Shown here: piece by piece, positions 1-12,389 of the stretch
How positions within the stretch are numbered: position 1 is the stretch's first letter
Layout of the letters: every line of letters begins with the position of its first letter
The notes under the pieces: model-generated
What the model was told of the DNA's origin: nothing
What the model saw: the letters and a program-made list of their open reading frames with translations, nothing else
Databases searched by the model: none
Origin: Mobula hypostoma
Taxonomy: Eukaryota
Assembly: GCF_963921235.1 (NCBI RefSeq)
Contig: NC_086108.1
Coordinates: 15,748,001-15,812,000 of the forward strand
Length of the DNA stretch: 64,000 bases
Direction of reading: 5' to 3'
Program-made: the position numbers and the translations under genes

Positions 1-2780
1 CCTGCCTTCTCCTTGTATCCATTCATGCCCTGACTAGTCAACCACTACCTTAAATATACCTAATGACTTGGCCTTCACATCTGCCTGTGGCAATGAATTC
101 CATGGATTCACCACTCTGGCTAAAGAAATTCCTCCTCGTCTCTGTTCCAAATGGATGTTCCTCTAAGGCATCTTCTGGCCTTGGATTCCCCCACAATAGG
201 ACACATCTTCTCCACATCTTTCAAACCTGGAACATTTTTCAGAACTTCCTTTGAAGTCTATCCGAATAATGTCAGCACATCCTTCCTTAGATAATGGGCT
301 CAAAACTGCTCACAATACTCCAACTGAGGCCTCACCAGTGCCTTATAACAGCTCAACATGCTTTTATATTCTAGTCCTCTCAAAATGGATGCTAACATTG
401 CATTTGTCTTCCTTACCACCAATTTAACCTCCCTACTTAGAAAATAGTCTACGCTTTAATTTCTTTTACCAAAGTACATGACCAGACACTTCCTGACACT
501 ATATTTCATCTGCCACTTCTTTTCCCATTCTCCTAATCTGTCTATGTCCTTCAGGAGCCTCTCTACTTCCTCAACAGTATCTGCCCCTCCATCTATTTTT
601 GTATTGTCCACAAACTTGGCCACAAAATTCCCGTCATCCAAATTATTGACGTATATCATAAAAAGAAGCGCCTCAAACACAGACCCCTGTGGAACGCCAC
701 TAGTCACTGACAGTAACTAGGCTCCCTGTATTCCCACTCTTTGCCTCCTGCTAATCAGCCAATACTCTATCCATGCTAGTATCTTTCCTGTAATGCTATG
801 TGCTCTCAACTTGTTAAGCAGCCTCATATGTGGCACTTTGTCAAAGGCCTCCAAAAAATCCAAGGGCACAACATTTACCAATTCTCCTTTGTCTATCCTG
901 CTTGCTATTTTTTCAAAGAATTCCCACAGATTCGTCAGGCAAGATTTTCACTAAAGGAAACCATGCTGATTTCGGCCTGTTTTATCATGTACCTCCAAGT
1001 ACCCCAAAAGTGCATCCTTGACAATCAGCACTAACATTATCTCAATCACTGAGGTCAGACTAGCTGGCCTATAATTTCCTTTATTCTGCCTCTCTCCTTC
1101 TTGAAGAGTGGAATGACATTTACAATTTTTCAGTCCTCGGGAACCATGCCAGAATCCATTGATTCTTGAAAGATAATTACTAATGCCTCCACAATCTTCA
1201 GCCACGTCTTTCAGAACCTTGGTGTGTAGACCATCTGGTCCAGGTGACTTATCTACCTTCAGACCTTTCAATTTCCCAAGCACTTTTGCTGCCTGATGGT
1301 CTTGAACTTCCAGCATACTGCTAGTATCTTCCACAATGAAGACCGATGCAAAATACTTATTCAATTCATCCGCCATTTCCTTGTCCCCCATTACTATCTC
1401 TCCAGCATCATTTTCCAGTGGTCTGATAGCTACTCTCACCTTTCTTTTACACTTCATGTATCAGAAGAAAGTTTTTGTTTCCACTTCATTATTAGTTTAC
1501 TTTCATATTCCAACTTTTCTTTCTTTATGATATATTTTAGTTGCCTTCTGTTGGTTTTTAAAAGCTTCCAATTGTCCAACTTCCTATTAATTTTTCCTCA
1601 ATTATATGCCCTCACTTTGGCTTTGACTTCTCTTGTCAGCCACAGTTGCATCATCTTGTCTTTAGAATACTGCTTCTTTAGGATGCATCTATCCTGCGCC
1701 TTCGGAATTGTTCCCAGAAACTCCAGCCATTGCTGCTCTGCTGTTATCCCTGCTAGTGTTTCCTTCCAATCAACTTTGGCTAGCTCCTCTCTCATGCCTC
1801 TGTAATTCCCTTTACTCCTCTGTAATGCTAATACATCTTACTTTAGCTTCTCCTCAAATTGCAGGGTGAATTCAATCATATTATGATCACTTCCCCTAAG
1901 GGCTCCTTTACGTTAAGCTCTCTAAACAATTCTAGTTCATTGCACAACACTCAATCTAGAATAGCTGATCCCTCGGTTGGCTCAACCATAAGCTGTTCTA
2001 AAAAAAATACCATCTCATAAGCATTCTATAAATTCCCCCTCTTGGGATCTAGCAGCAGTTTGATTTTCCCAATCTACCTGCATATTGAAATCCCCATAAG
2101 TACACATCTTTGCTACTGTTCTGTACGTAACTCCCATCAGGGTTTTTTTACACTTGCAGTTTCTTAGCTCCCTCCAGAGTTATTCTACATCTTCATCTAC
2201 ATCAATGTCACCTCTTTTTATGGATTTAATTTCATTTTTTTTACCAACAGAGCCACCCCACCACCCCTGCTCACCTGCCTGTCCTTATGATACTATCTGT
2301 ATACTTGTAGGTAAGCTCTCAGCCTTCAGCCACGATTCAGTCATACCGACAATGTCACACATGCCAATCTGTAACTGCTGCAAGTTCATCTACCTTATTC
2401 CGTATAGTGCGCACATTCAAATATAACACCTTTAGTCCTGTATTCATCACCCTTTTTGATTTTGTCCTTTTAGATTTCAACTCATCACATTGACTGCAAT
2501 TTTGCCCTGTCATCAGCCTCTGCTTGCTAACAGTCTCACTACACAATGCCTCTGTTTGTAAACCAACTACCCCATCCGGTCCTATCACTCCAGTTCCCTT
2601 CCCCTTGCCAAATTAGTTTAAGCCCCCTTGACCAGCTGTAGCAAACCTGCCTGTCAGGATATTGGCTCCCTTCAGGTTCAAGTGTAACCCAATGCTTTTG
2701 TACAGGTCATACCCTACCAGAAGAGATCCCAATGATCCAGAAATCTGAACCCCTGCCCCCTGCACCAGTTCCTCAGCCAG
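1..2780 (-). mobile_element. Degenerate CR1-clade LINE (ORF2 endonuclease + RT fragments, 3' end of ORF1)
   Basis: Minus ORF fragments VLYLNVRTIRNKVDELA (APE N-term), [19 protein letters not shown]...KFVDNTK; many frameshifts/deletions. Confidence 0.9.
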
Positions 2781-2794
2781 TTAATCTGCCAGCA

Positions 2795-2935
2795 TACTAC
2801 TGGAGGAAACCTGCATACCCCAGGGAAACCACACACAATGGCAGAAAGAGCATGCAAATTCCACTCAGACAGCATCAGAGGTCAGATTTAACCCAAGTCT
2901 CTGGAGCTGAGCAGCAGTAGTACTAATGGCTGTGT
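2795..2935 (-). mobile_element. Decayed tRNA-derived SINE fragment (V-SINE-like)
   Basis: ggaggaaacc...gggaaaccac...caaattccac..agacagc...gatttaacccaagtctctggagctg resembles the antisense of fish/shark SINE head and core; degenerate B-box on minus strand. Confidence 0.55.
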
Positions 2936-3619
2936 TACTGAGAATGGCTAGAATTTGGAGAAGACCTGCTGATAGAGATTCAGTCAGAGTCCTCGTAAGC
3001 AGAATGAAGGAAAACTTAATGGAGACAATATTGCCGACGTTTAGGGAAAGGACAGAGGTAGTGAAAATAATTGAATCTTCCAAAGAGCATTGCCTCTTCT
3101 CAACACTTGAGAATTCAGTTTCTCTGTTCGTGTAGATGGCATTAAGCTGCATACAGTGCTGCAGTGTAGGATAAGCAGAAAGGAGAATGGAATTAGACCA
3201 CAACTGAGCTATTTAAAAGCATGGGAAAAGAACAAGATTGTGCAGTAGTGTATGTGGAATATTAAGGAATACAAGGAATAAACAGGAAAGTGGGATTAAT
3301 TTGGGGATGTTACAGCTAGCAGGAGAGTAATATCAGTCTAGGGTGATTACCAAACAGTGTAGGTGACAATGGTGAGGTGGGATTTTAATATTTATTAGGA
3401 TTAAGCACGAGAGTGGGATTTTAATGGACGTTGGGAGTGAACCACAGTGCAATATTATACTCCATAAGATATTAAAATGGTTCAGGAATGAGCAAATAAG
3501 TGTTTTGGGTGACAGGGGATATCTAAGCATATTGAGATTAAAGGAGTAGGGTTGGACCACATAGAAAATGGAGAATCCCTGTTCTCCAACATTAAATTTA
3601 TCTTTTGAAGGGGAGGGGA

Positions 3620-4180
3620 GGAGTGGCAATGAATTCCACAGATTCACCATCCTCTGGCTAAAGAAATTTCTCCTTATCTCTTTTCTAAATGGCTGTCCTT
3701 TTTTGAGGTTGTGCCCTCTGGTCCTAAACTCTCTCATGATTGGAAACATCCTCTCCTCGTCCACTCTATCTAGGCCTTTCAATACTTTGTAGGTTTCAAT
3801 AAAATCCCCCCTCATTCTTTTAAACACCAGTAAGTACAGGCCCAGAGCTATCAAATACTCTTCATACATTAACCCATCACTCCCACAATCACTCTCATAA
3901 ACCTCCTCTGACCCCTCTCCAATACCAGCACTTCCTTCCTTAGATATGGGGCCCAAAATTGCTCACAATACTCCAAATGTGGTCTACTCAGTGCTTTATA
4001 ATGCCTCAGCATTACATCCTTGCTTCTATATTCTAGTCCTATTTGCTTTTTTTTTACTACTGTCTCAACCTGCAAGTTCAGGGACTTGGACTAGGACTGC
4101 ATTAGGACTCCCAAGTCCCTTTGCACCAATGATTTTGGAATTAGCTCCCTAGTTAGTAAAATGGTCTGCACCTTTACTTG
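3620..4180 (-). mobile_element. CR1 LINE 3' fragment
   Basis: RPHLEYCEQFWAPYLRK and RMRGDFIETYK...RTRGHN motifs. Confidence 0.88.
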
Positions 4181-4385
4181 AGCGAGCTTGGGCTTTTTTC
4201 TTTGGAATGGAGGAGGATGTGGGGTGATTTGATAAAGGTGTACAAGTTGATAAAAGGTATAGATCAAGTGGACTGCCAGAGTGTTTTTTTCTAGGGCAGA
4301 AATTATGGGTACATGGTCATACGGATATATAAATATCCACTGTATATTTAAAGTGGAAGTTGATAAGTTCTTGATTAGAAAATGG
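4180..4385 (+). mobile_element. CR1 LINE 3' fragment, decayed
   Basis: gagcttgggctttttt...ggaggaggatgtggggtgatttgataaaggtgtacaag corresponds to LGLFSLE.RR.RGDLIEVYK. Confidence 0.7.
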
Positions 4386-5599
4386 AATTAGACATGGTTA
4401 TTACTGCGTGTTGGTAGAGTAGGAGAGCATGGAGGTGGAATATTGCTGGTGCTGTGGAAAGTAGTGTGAGTTATTAAACAGAATAAGGCATGAATGGGAA
4501 GATGTTACTGTGAAGGTGAGGAATTAAAGGGTAATTATTTAAAAGGATGAATAAGAGCTCAGTAAAGCTGCAGATTAAACAAGAGAATGGGTTTGGATGA
4601 CAGGATAGGAAAGAACATGCAGGAGAGTATGCTAATATGATTAAAATATATTATTAAAGGAGTGGGAAGGGAGAAGGATGGGTTACTAGGATGTTAAGGA
4701 AATGAGAAGAGAGCAAGATTTTGGGGTGAAATATTACAACCAATAGGGACCTTTGCAGCCTTTCTCATCCAGGCAAACTCTCAGATTGAGACTTGTACCT
4801 AGTGGGATGGATTTGGAGCATCAGGTGGGGTAATTTGCTACAGATTCCACTAATGTGCTCTTGTACGCTCAGTATTTATATATTTAGTCCACTGAATTTC
4901 TGATTGATGGTGTTTGTAGGGACTCAGTTATTCTCAGTCTATAGTAGGAAATGGAGTCTGAGCAGTAAGTGGCATTAGAGTGTGTTATTGAAAAAAATCA
5001 GGAGAGCAAAGGTTGTCTGAGATTTTAACAGTTATGCAGCAAAGAAGAGTGTAGGATAAGATTGAATGGAATCTGAATAAGGTAGGGAGTGAATGGGCAG
5101 TTAAAAGAATGAACAGTGGCTAGAGAAAGTACTAAGATTGGAACAGAACAGGCATAGAGTAAACAAGAAGGTTGGAGGGAATTGGGCTGTTTACAAAAGA
5201 GTGAGAAATCTATAATGGAAGTGATATTGAACAAGACAATGTATCAGAGGTTATTTTAGTAAAGTGGATTGTGGAATCTTGACAAACATCATGAGCCAGA
5301 AATCTGTACCAAAGAGTTACAGGGAGTTCCCCAGTAGTTTGTGTCCTAGAATGAGGGATGCCCTTCCCAGTGCCAGAAACCATTTTATATCTAACCCAAG
5401 CTGCAATGAAGTTGAATTAATTGCCTAACCTATGTTTAGTTTGGCCCCAAACATTGATATCAGGTGTACACAATTAAGCTGGATATCTGAACTATTAATG
5501 ATGCATTTAATATATTTGATGGAAAGCAACTGTTAGAGGTAAGGTCTTCAATTACTGCTACTGCTTTTAAATTGTTGTGGTTTGAGTGGAGAAGTTGTG

Positions 5600-5950
5600 A
5601 ATGCAGAGGGAGTACCAGTGATAGAACAGTGAAACATTTCCATGCTAAGTGATAGAGTTGAGTTTTTAGGGTGGTGTTATCAAGTACCTGCTGAATATAT
5701 GCTTCTCATTGGTAGAGGCTTTGGGAGAAGCTACCTAAGAGGCCTTGGCAAGTTGCTGTAGAGCATTTTGCAGAGACTGCATGCTTCAGTTGTGGTGAAG
5801 GATGGAGTGAAGGTTTAGAGTAGTGGGTGGAGTGCCAGTCAGGCTAGTTATTTTGTCATTGATGGTGTTTAAGCATTTTGTATGTTGAAGACACTCTTAT
5901 CAAGGCCAGAGAAGAATATTCCATACTTCCTTCAATTTGCCCTGCAACTA
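5600..5950 (-). mobile_element. Ancient CR1/L2-group LINE 3' remnant
   Basis: Reverse complement resembles the 8400-8750 segment of the plus-strand ancient LINE in this window. Confidence 0.5.
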
Positions 5951-6129
5951 ATGCTTTGGCTTTGGTGAATATACTCTGAACTTCATTCCTTACATTGAGA
6001 ATGGGTGTATCAATATATTGCTTTGGAATACAGTACAGCAACATGTGGAATCATCTGGTTCCATTCCAAAAACATAGGCTATCCCACAATAGGAGATGAG
6101 GCAGAATTGTTTCCCCTTTGTAGTACTAT

Positions 6130-6900
6130 AATGCTTGCTAACCAAATGGACACTTCAGATCTATTTGGAGAAACCATGAGCAAAGTGGGCAACCTTTTTG
6201 CAGAACACCTATGCTCAGTCCTTAGTGGCCTTCCTGAGCTCTCAGTTGCAGACCGTTTCAGTTCCCCTATCCATTACCACACTGACCTGCCCATTTCAGT
6301 CGTCTTTACTGCCAGGATGAAGCCCAGCAACACTTGGGTAGACTATGACCCAGTGACATGAGTATTAAGTTTTCTAATTTTAGGTAATCCTTTTCTAACC
6401 CCCCCCCCCCCCAATCTTCCTCCAGTCCTCTAATTTTGTCCCCTTTTTCCACACCAGTCCCCATTTACCATTCACCCATATTTGTCACTCTCCCCCTCCA
6501 GGTTCCCATCCACTTCACACATAATTTCCTCCCATCCACACAGTCTAAGCATATGTCTGTGATAATATTCTGATTCCCATTCTCACCTTCTTTACTTATC
6601 AAAATCCAACACTGATAACACTTTATGCTCCTGCTTATCTGCCTCCAGCAGCTGTCTCCCATCTTTACAATCTTTCCCCTCATTTGCTCCATTTATTCCT
6701 TTTCCCTATTCCTCTGTCTCTTTATCTGCCTCCATCTAACACTCACCTAGCATTGTTTCCCAACACCACCCCCGCTCACCTCCCCTAACAGTCACCACCT
6801 GCCTGTCCTCTTACACCTCCACTCTACCCACCAATTGCCTTACAATCCTTTTTCACTATTTTCCTTTTCTTTATACTGGCCTTCTCACCTCTCCACTCTC
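6130..6900 (+). mobile_element. Decayed Penelope-like 3' fragment (GIY-YIG region + CT-rich tail)
   Basis: LFGET.SKVGNLFAEHLCSV...LSVADRFSS..H.HTD aligns by eye with YIGETRRRLGDRFAEHLRSV...LPVATHFNS.SHSHSD of the 33913 element; followed by pyrimidine-rich tail. Confidence 0.7.
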
Positions 6901-6902
6901 AT

Positions 6903-7640
6903 GTCATAGAGAAGCACAGCCTAGAAACAGGCTCTTCATCCCATTGAGTCTATGGTGAAACCATTTAAACTGCCTAATCCCATCAACCTGCACCAGGACT
7001 ATAGCCTTCCGTATCCCTACTATCCATGTATCTATCCAAACTTCTCTTAAACGTTGAAATTGAGCTCACATGCTCCACTTGTGTTCGCAACTCATTCCAC
7101 ATTCTCATGACACTCTGAATGAAGAAATTTCCCCTCATGTTCCCCTTAAACTTTTCACCTTTCACCCTTAACCCATGTCCTCTGGTTGTAGTCCTACCCA
7201 AACTCATTGGAATAGTCCTGCTTGCATTTATCCTGTCAATACCCCTCATGATTTTGTATACCTCTATTAAATCACCTCTAAATTTTCTATGTTCTAAGGA
7301 ATAAAGTCCTTACTTATTCAGTCTTTCCTTATAGCTCAGGTTCTCCACCCAGAAACATCCTTGTAAATTTTCTCTATACTCTTCCAATCTTATTCATATT
7401 TTCTCTGTAGGTAGGTGACTAAAACTGCACACAAAACTCCAAATCAGACCTCACCAATGTTTTATACAACTTCAACATAACATCCCATCTCCTGTACTCA
7501 ATACATTGCCAATGTGAAAGCCAATGTGCTTTACGACCCTATCTACCTGTGACACCACATTCAACAAATTGTGGACCTGTACTCCCAGATCCCTTTGTTC
7601 TACCACACTCCTCAGTGCCCTACCATTCACTATGTAAGCC
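6903..7640 (-). mobile_element. 5'-truncated CR1 LINE, apparently inserted in the Penelope tail
   Basis: MRGIDRINASR...TRGHGLRVKG...; CR1 3' UTR at 6903; degenerate Penelope tail resumes ~7645-7770. Confidence 0.85.
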
Positions 7641-7929
7641 TTCCACTGATCTTGATGCAGGTTCCAAAATGAAACATCAACAGTTCCTTCCCCCCTCCCA
7701 TCCTCCCTCAGATGCTGCTCAACTCTCCCAGCTCCAGATTGCAGCATCTGTAATCCTTTGTGTCCCCTCAAATCTGTTTTCCTATCCTGTTCATATTCTC
7801 TTCTGTCTTTCTACTGTGATACCAAATGAGAAGCAAGTTCTACTACTCCAGGTCTTCATTGTGTGTTAGAAAAGTAGGCTGGGATGGTTAGCAGTGTTTG
7901 ATGAAGCAGTGTTTCTTATAGTGACCACT

Positions 7930-8820
7930 TTGTGTTTTGTTTGAAACACTTGGCTCCAAACCTCACCACGAATGAGCTCAAAGAACTGCATTCCAGAGGT
8001 GAGGTGAGAGAAATTACCCTTGACTACCCAGTATTTGACTGGGTGTGACACCAATGGTTGGAGGCAAACCATGCACAAGAAAGATGCTTGACTGTCTGGC
8101 TACTGATCACAACTCCATAACATCTCTGCAGCAGATCCTCAGAGCAGTGACATTGGCTCAGCCACCTTCAGCTGCTTCATAAGGTCACAAAGGGGAAGTT
8201 TGCTGATGATTACATAATGTACTGATTTGAAACCCTTCAGTCAGTGAAGTAACCAATGAGCACGTTCTGCAGAACTCAGGCTACATTCAACAATGTACTG
8301 ATGAATAGCAAGTAACATCCACACCACATAGATATCAGGCAATACTTGTCTTCACTGCCTATTCTATACACTCAATTACATTATCATCACTCTCCCTCTA
8401 ATGACCGGAAACTCAGCTGGAGCAGCCACATAAAACACCATGGCCACTTGAGCAGGTCAGAGGATGGGTGTCCTGCAGTGAGTGATTATTCTCCTGACAC
8501 TTCCAAGGCTTTTCCAGCATCTCCAAACCACGTCAGAAGTGTAATAGAATTTTTTACACTTCTTTGCAGTTCCAAAACATTCAGGAGATTGACACCATCT
8601 CAGAAAAGCTTGTTTGACACTCCATCACCCACCCTGAAGGTTCATTCCTGCAACCTACAAAATGGCAACAGCTACTCTCCTGGGCTAGTCCAACAGCACC
8701 TCCCAACCCCACAAGGTTTCCACCACTATTAGTCCTTCAACACCACTGGGTCAAAGTCCTGGAACTCCAACACCACCACCCTCCCAACATTGCCATCCAA
8801 GCACCTCTCCCAGAAGGATT
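7930..8820 (+). mobile_element. Ancient CR1/L2-group LINE (RT and 3' part); 3' end resumes ~9998-10090
   Basis: gaagtttgctgatgat (KFADD), DRKLSWSSHI; terminal gggatgggcaataaatg segment after the nested CR1. Confidence 0.6.
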
Positions 8821-8824
8821 ATTT

Positions 8825-9997
8825 TAGAAACATAGAAAACCTACAGCACAATACAGGCCCTTCAGCCCACAAAGCTGTGCCGAACATGTCCTTACCTGAG
8901 AAATTACCTAGGGTTAGCCCATAGCCCTCTATTTTTCTGGGCTCCATATACCTGTACAGGAGTCTCTTAAAAGACCCTATCATATCCACCTCCACCACCG
9001 TCACCGGTAGCCCATTCCACGCACTCACCACTCTCTGCATAAAAAAACTTACCCCTGATATCTCCTCTGTACTTATTTCCAAGCACCTTAAAACTGGGCC
9101 CTCTCGTGCTAGCCATTTCAGCCCTGGGGAAAAGCATCTGACTATCCACACGATCAATGCCTCTCATCATCTTATACACCTCTGTCAGGTCACCTCTCAT
9201 CCTCTGTTGCTCCAAGAAAAAAAGGCCAAGTTCACATAACCTATTCTCATAAGGCATGCTTCCCAATCCAGGCAACCTCCTTATAAATCTCCTATGTACC
9301 TTTTCTGTGGTTTCCACATCCTTCCTATAGTGAGGTGACCAGAACTGAGCACAGTACTCCAAGTGGGGTCTGACCAGGGTCTTATATAGCTACAACATTA
9401 CCTCTTGGCTCCTAAACTCAATTCCACGATTGATGAAGGCCAATGCACTGTATGCTTTCTTAACCCGAGTCAACCTGCACAGCAGCTTTGAGTGTCCTAT
9501 GGACTCAGACCCCAAGATCCCTCTGATCCTCCACATTGCCAAGAGTCTTACCGTTAATACTATATTCTGCCATCATATTTGACCTACCAAAATGAACCAC
9601 CTCACACTAATCTGGGTTGAACTCCATCTGCCACTTCTCAGCCCAGTACTGCATCTTATCAATGTCCCGCTGTAACCTCTGATAGCCCGCCACACTATCC
9701 ACAACACCTCCAACCTTTGTGTCATCAGCAAATTTACTAACCCATCCCTCCACTTCTTAATCCAGGTCATTTATAAAAATCACAAAGAGTAGGGGTCCCA
9801 GAACAGAGCCCTGAGGCACACCACTGGTGGCCGACCTCCATGCAGAAGATGATCTGTCTACAACCACTCTTTGCCTTCTGTGGGCAAGCCAGTTCTGGAT
9901 CCACAGAGCAATGTCCCCTTGGATCCCATGCCTCCTTACTTTCTCAATAAGCCTTGCATGGGGTACCTTGTCAAATGCCTTGCTGAAATCCATATAC
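8825..9997 (-). mobile_element. 5'-truncated CR1 LINE
   Basis: [13 protein letters not shown]...[28 protein letters not shown]; (ttctatgt)-type tail at 8825. Confidence 0.92.
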
Positions 9998-10254
9998 ACT
10001 GCATAGTTCAAGAAAAAAAAACACAATCCCTTCTCCTCAAGGCAATTAGGGATGGGCAATAAATGTTGACCTTGCTTGTGATGCCTTTGCTAGGAAAATG
10101 GGCAAAGTGTTAACTGAGTTCACTAAGAGATATGAAGAGATGATGGGTTATATTTAAATTGCTGACCCCAGTGTCATCAGTGGGTATGTAATGGGTTGAA
10201 AGGGACGGAGTGAGGAGTAAATCTTCAATGTGAGTGAAAACAAGAGAATGCTAC

Positions 10255-10440
10255 TGTGAACACTACCTCATTATTTTAATTTATATTATTTCTGTTTTTG
10301 CATAATTTTTAATCTGTTCAATATACATATACTGTAATTTTTTCTTTATTCTATATTATTTATTGCATTTACTGCTGCTGCTAAGTTAAAAATTTCATGA
10401 CACATGCCAGTGATAATAAACCTGATTCTGATTCTGATGC
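10255..10440 (+). mobile_element. LINE 3' end, Rex/Babar-like, with (GATTCT)n tail
   Basis: AT-rich 3' UTR ending aataaacctgattctgattctga. Confidence 0.55.
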
Positions 10441-10454
10441 AGGGTTGCACATCT

Positions 10455-10770
10455 AGTCATAGAGTAAAATTTCACAGAAACAGGCCCTTCAGCCCAATTG
10501 GTTCTTGTCAGCCAAGGTACCTCCTATCCATGTACTTAACCAAATGTCTTCTGAATGTTACCTGTCTCAACCACTTCCTCTAGTAGCTCATTCTAAATAT
10601 GGATTACCCTCTGCACAAAGACATTGCCCCTGAAATCCCTTTTAAATCTTGCACCTCTTGCCTTAAACCCATGCCTTCTAGTTTGTTTGGTTTCCTAGCC
10701 CTGGGGGAAAAAAGTATGTGCACCTTAAGTAAGAGTACCTTAATTATGCCCCTCATGATTTTTTACCCTG
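10455..10770 (-). mobile_element. Decayed CR1 3' end
   Basis: gtcatagag...acagaaacaggcccttcagccc terminus as in the 55617 copy. Confidence 0.7.
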
Positions 10771-10799
10771 TTTGGGTCACATGTCAAGAGCACATAAAC

Positions 10800-11552
10800 T
10801 GATTCTGTATGTTGGGAAGTGACGGTACTCATAGAGGGGACTGCCATTTAAAAAAAACATGTCATTGCGACAAATGAATTTTAAACAAACAGCCACCACA
10901 CAAGTCGTTAGGGATAAGTCTGAATCAAAATGTCACATTTGCTGAAAGAACAAAGATTAAGGAGAGCACAGCATAAGGCAGGCTGGACTACTGAACAATG
11001 TGTGTCGTGCTAAGGATGTGCATCGCAGCCAGCTGTCTGCAGGGGAAGGGAGGGGTTGGGGGCAGCATGTCAAAATACTGAGCCAGCTGGTAACCAAGGT
11101 GTCTCACACAGATTCCCCCTCCTCCCACCCCCATTGGCAAGCCGCTCCCATGAGACGTGGGCTTGCAGGCTGGTTCCCTCATTACACATTCACATCAGTG
11201 CTGAGAACAGCAGCCGTCACGTTTCCAGCCAGGGGCGATGAGCTCACCGACTACATTAGCAAGAGCAACTCTGCCTGGGTTTCTCGGCGCGGACTGCAGG
11301 CAGTCTCAAACGTGCTGTCGCTTTTCCATGGACTACACAATGCTAACAAGCCTGTGCTCAGCAACGACACGGTCCTAAGAGTGAGGTTCATTACCCTGCT
11401 TTCTCCTGCACATTCCCGACTTCCGAGCCAGCAAGCTGGATCCATCCTGCTTCCTCCTGACTGAAGAGGGGCTTCCCTGTTCCGCCCCTTCCCTCTCAGC
11501 TGTGCAGAACCCCCGTTCCAAAGCCCAGGAAGCACAGGACGATGGCCACAAG
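10800..11552 (+). promoter_or_regulatory. Putative internal promoter / 5' UTR of a short RABGAP1L isoform
   Basis: Island with no recognisable TE and more GC/CpG than the flanks, directly upstream of a Kozak ATG and splice donor; transcription start not determinable. Confidence 0.45.
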
Positions 11553-11630
11553 ATGGTGAATGAGTATGCCTGCCGGCTGCTGGAATTGCTGGGGATGGGC
11601 CATCGACTGTTCGTGCCTCGGCTGCTGCCG
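11553..11630 (+). CDS. RABGAP1L: Putative alternative first coding exon of RABGAP1L (MVNEYACRLLELLGMGHRLFVPRLLP)
   Basis: aagATGG strong Kozak; 26 codons ending at donor CCG|GTGAGC, phase 0, matching the phase-0 acceptor at 60602; upstream in-frame TGA at 11382; peptide recalled (unverified) as resembling vertebrate short-isoform N-termini. Confidence 0.7.
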
Positions 11631-11772
11631 GTGAGCATCTTTTCTCTGAGAGATTGAGGCTGAGGGCTGGGGGAGGGGGATGCAGCGGCAGCAGGTGGAA
11701 CAGGCCTGGAGTATGTAATTAATGACGCTCGCCGGGAATCAGTGAGCTGTTGATGGCTGACTCCCTGACTCT

Positions 11773-11820
11773 TGTATTTGTGTATGTGTATGTGTGTATG
11801 TGTATGTATGTATGTATGTG
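11773..11820 (+). repeat. (TGTATG/TATG)n microsatellite
   Basis: Direct reading. Confidence 0.85.
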
Positions 11821-12389
11821 GAGCTCTCGAATCATTAAAAGCCGTGTTGGCAATTCAGAAGCCCACGACAGAGCGTGCAGATTGGTTACTGTTCCCCTGC
11901 TATCGCTGGGCTGGTTTAAATAGAGGGAGTTGTCTCAAAATTGGGACCACTTATTTGACAGTATATCTGCCCATATAAAAGAAGCTGGTGACATCATTGG
12001 CTTTCCTGAAATGCTGCACTGGACTGTTCCTTCAACCAGTTCCCAAACGATGGAAGTTGTTTGTCTGTGGGAACGTGCTGGGGCACGCGATGGTTCACAT
12101 GCAGGAGATTAACTCCCTGCAGAGAAGAGGAGCCAGGACACTTGATGCTTCCATCCATTAGTCTTAGTCTCAGTGACCTGTAGGAGGGGCATTCTGCTGT
12201 TCACTGGCGGGATGCAAGTCTGTCACGAAGAGGTTGTGGGTCTGTCACTGGGTGTGTGTCACTGATGGGGTGTGATACTGTCACTGCATGTTGTACTGTT
12301 ACTGGGCGTGGTATTGTGATTGAAAGGGTGTGTGTCTGCCACTGATAGGGTATGGTATTGTCACTGACAGGGTGTGGGTTTAGCAGGTC

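Noticed and set aside
11000..11464. 154-aa plus ORF in the unique island
   Set aside because: Non-ATG start, no recognisable domain, different frame from the exon; more likely promoter/UTR
11500..11630. Cassette-exon reading using the acceptor-like ccctctcAG at 11498-11499
   Set aside because: 131 nt is not a multiple of three, so it would frameshift as a cassette before a phase-0 exon; could still be a UTR acceptor, unresolved
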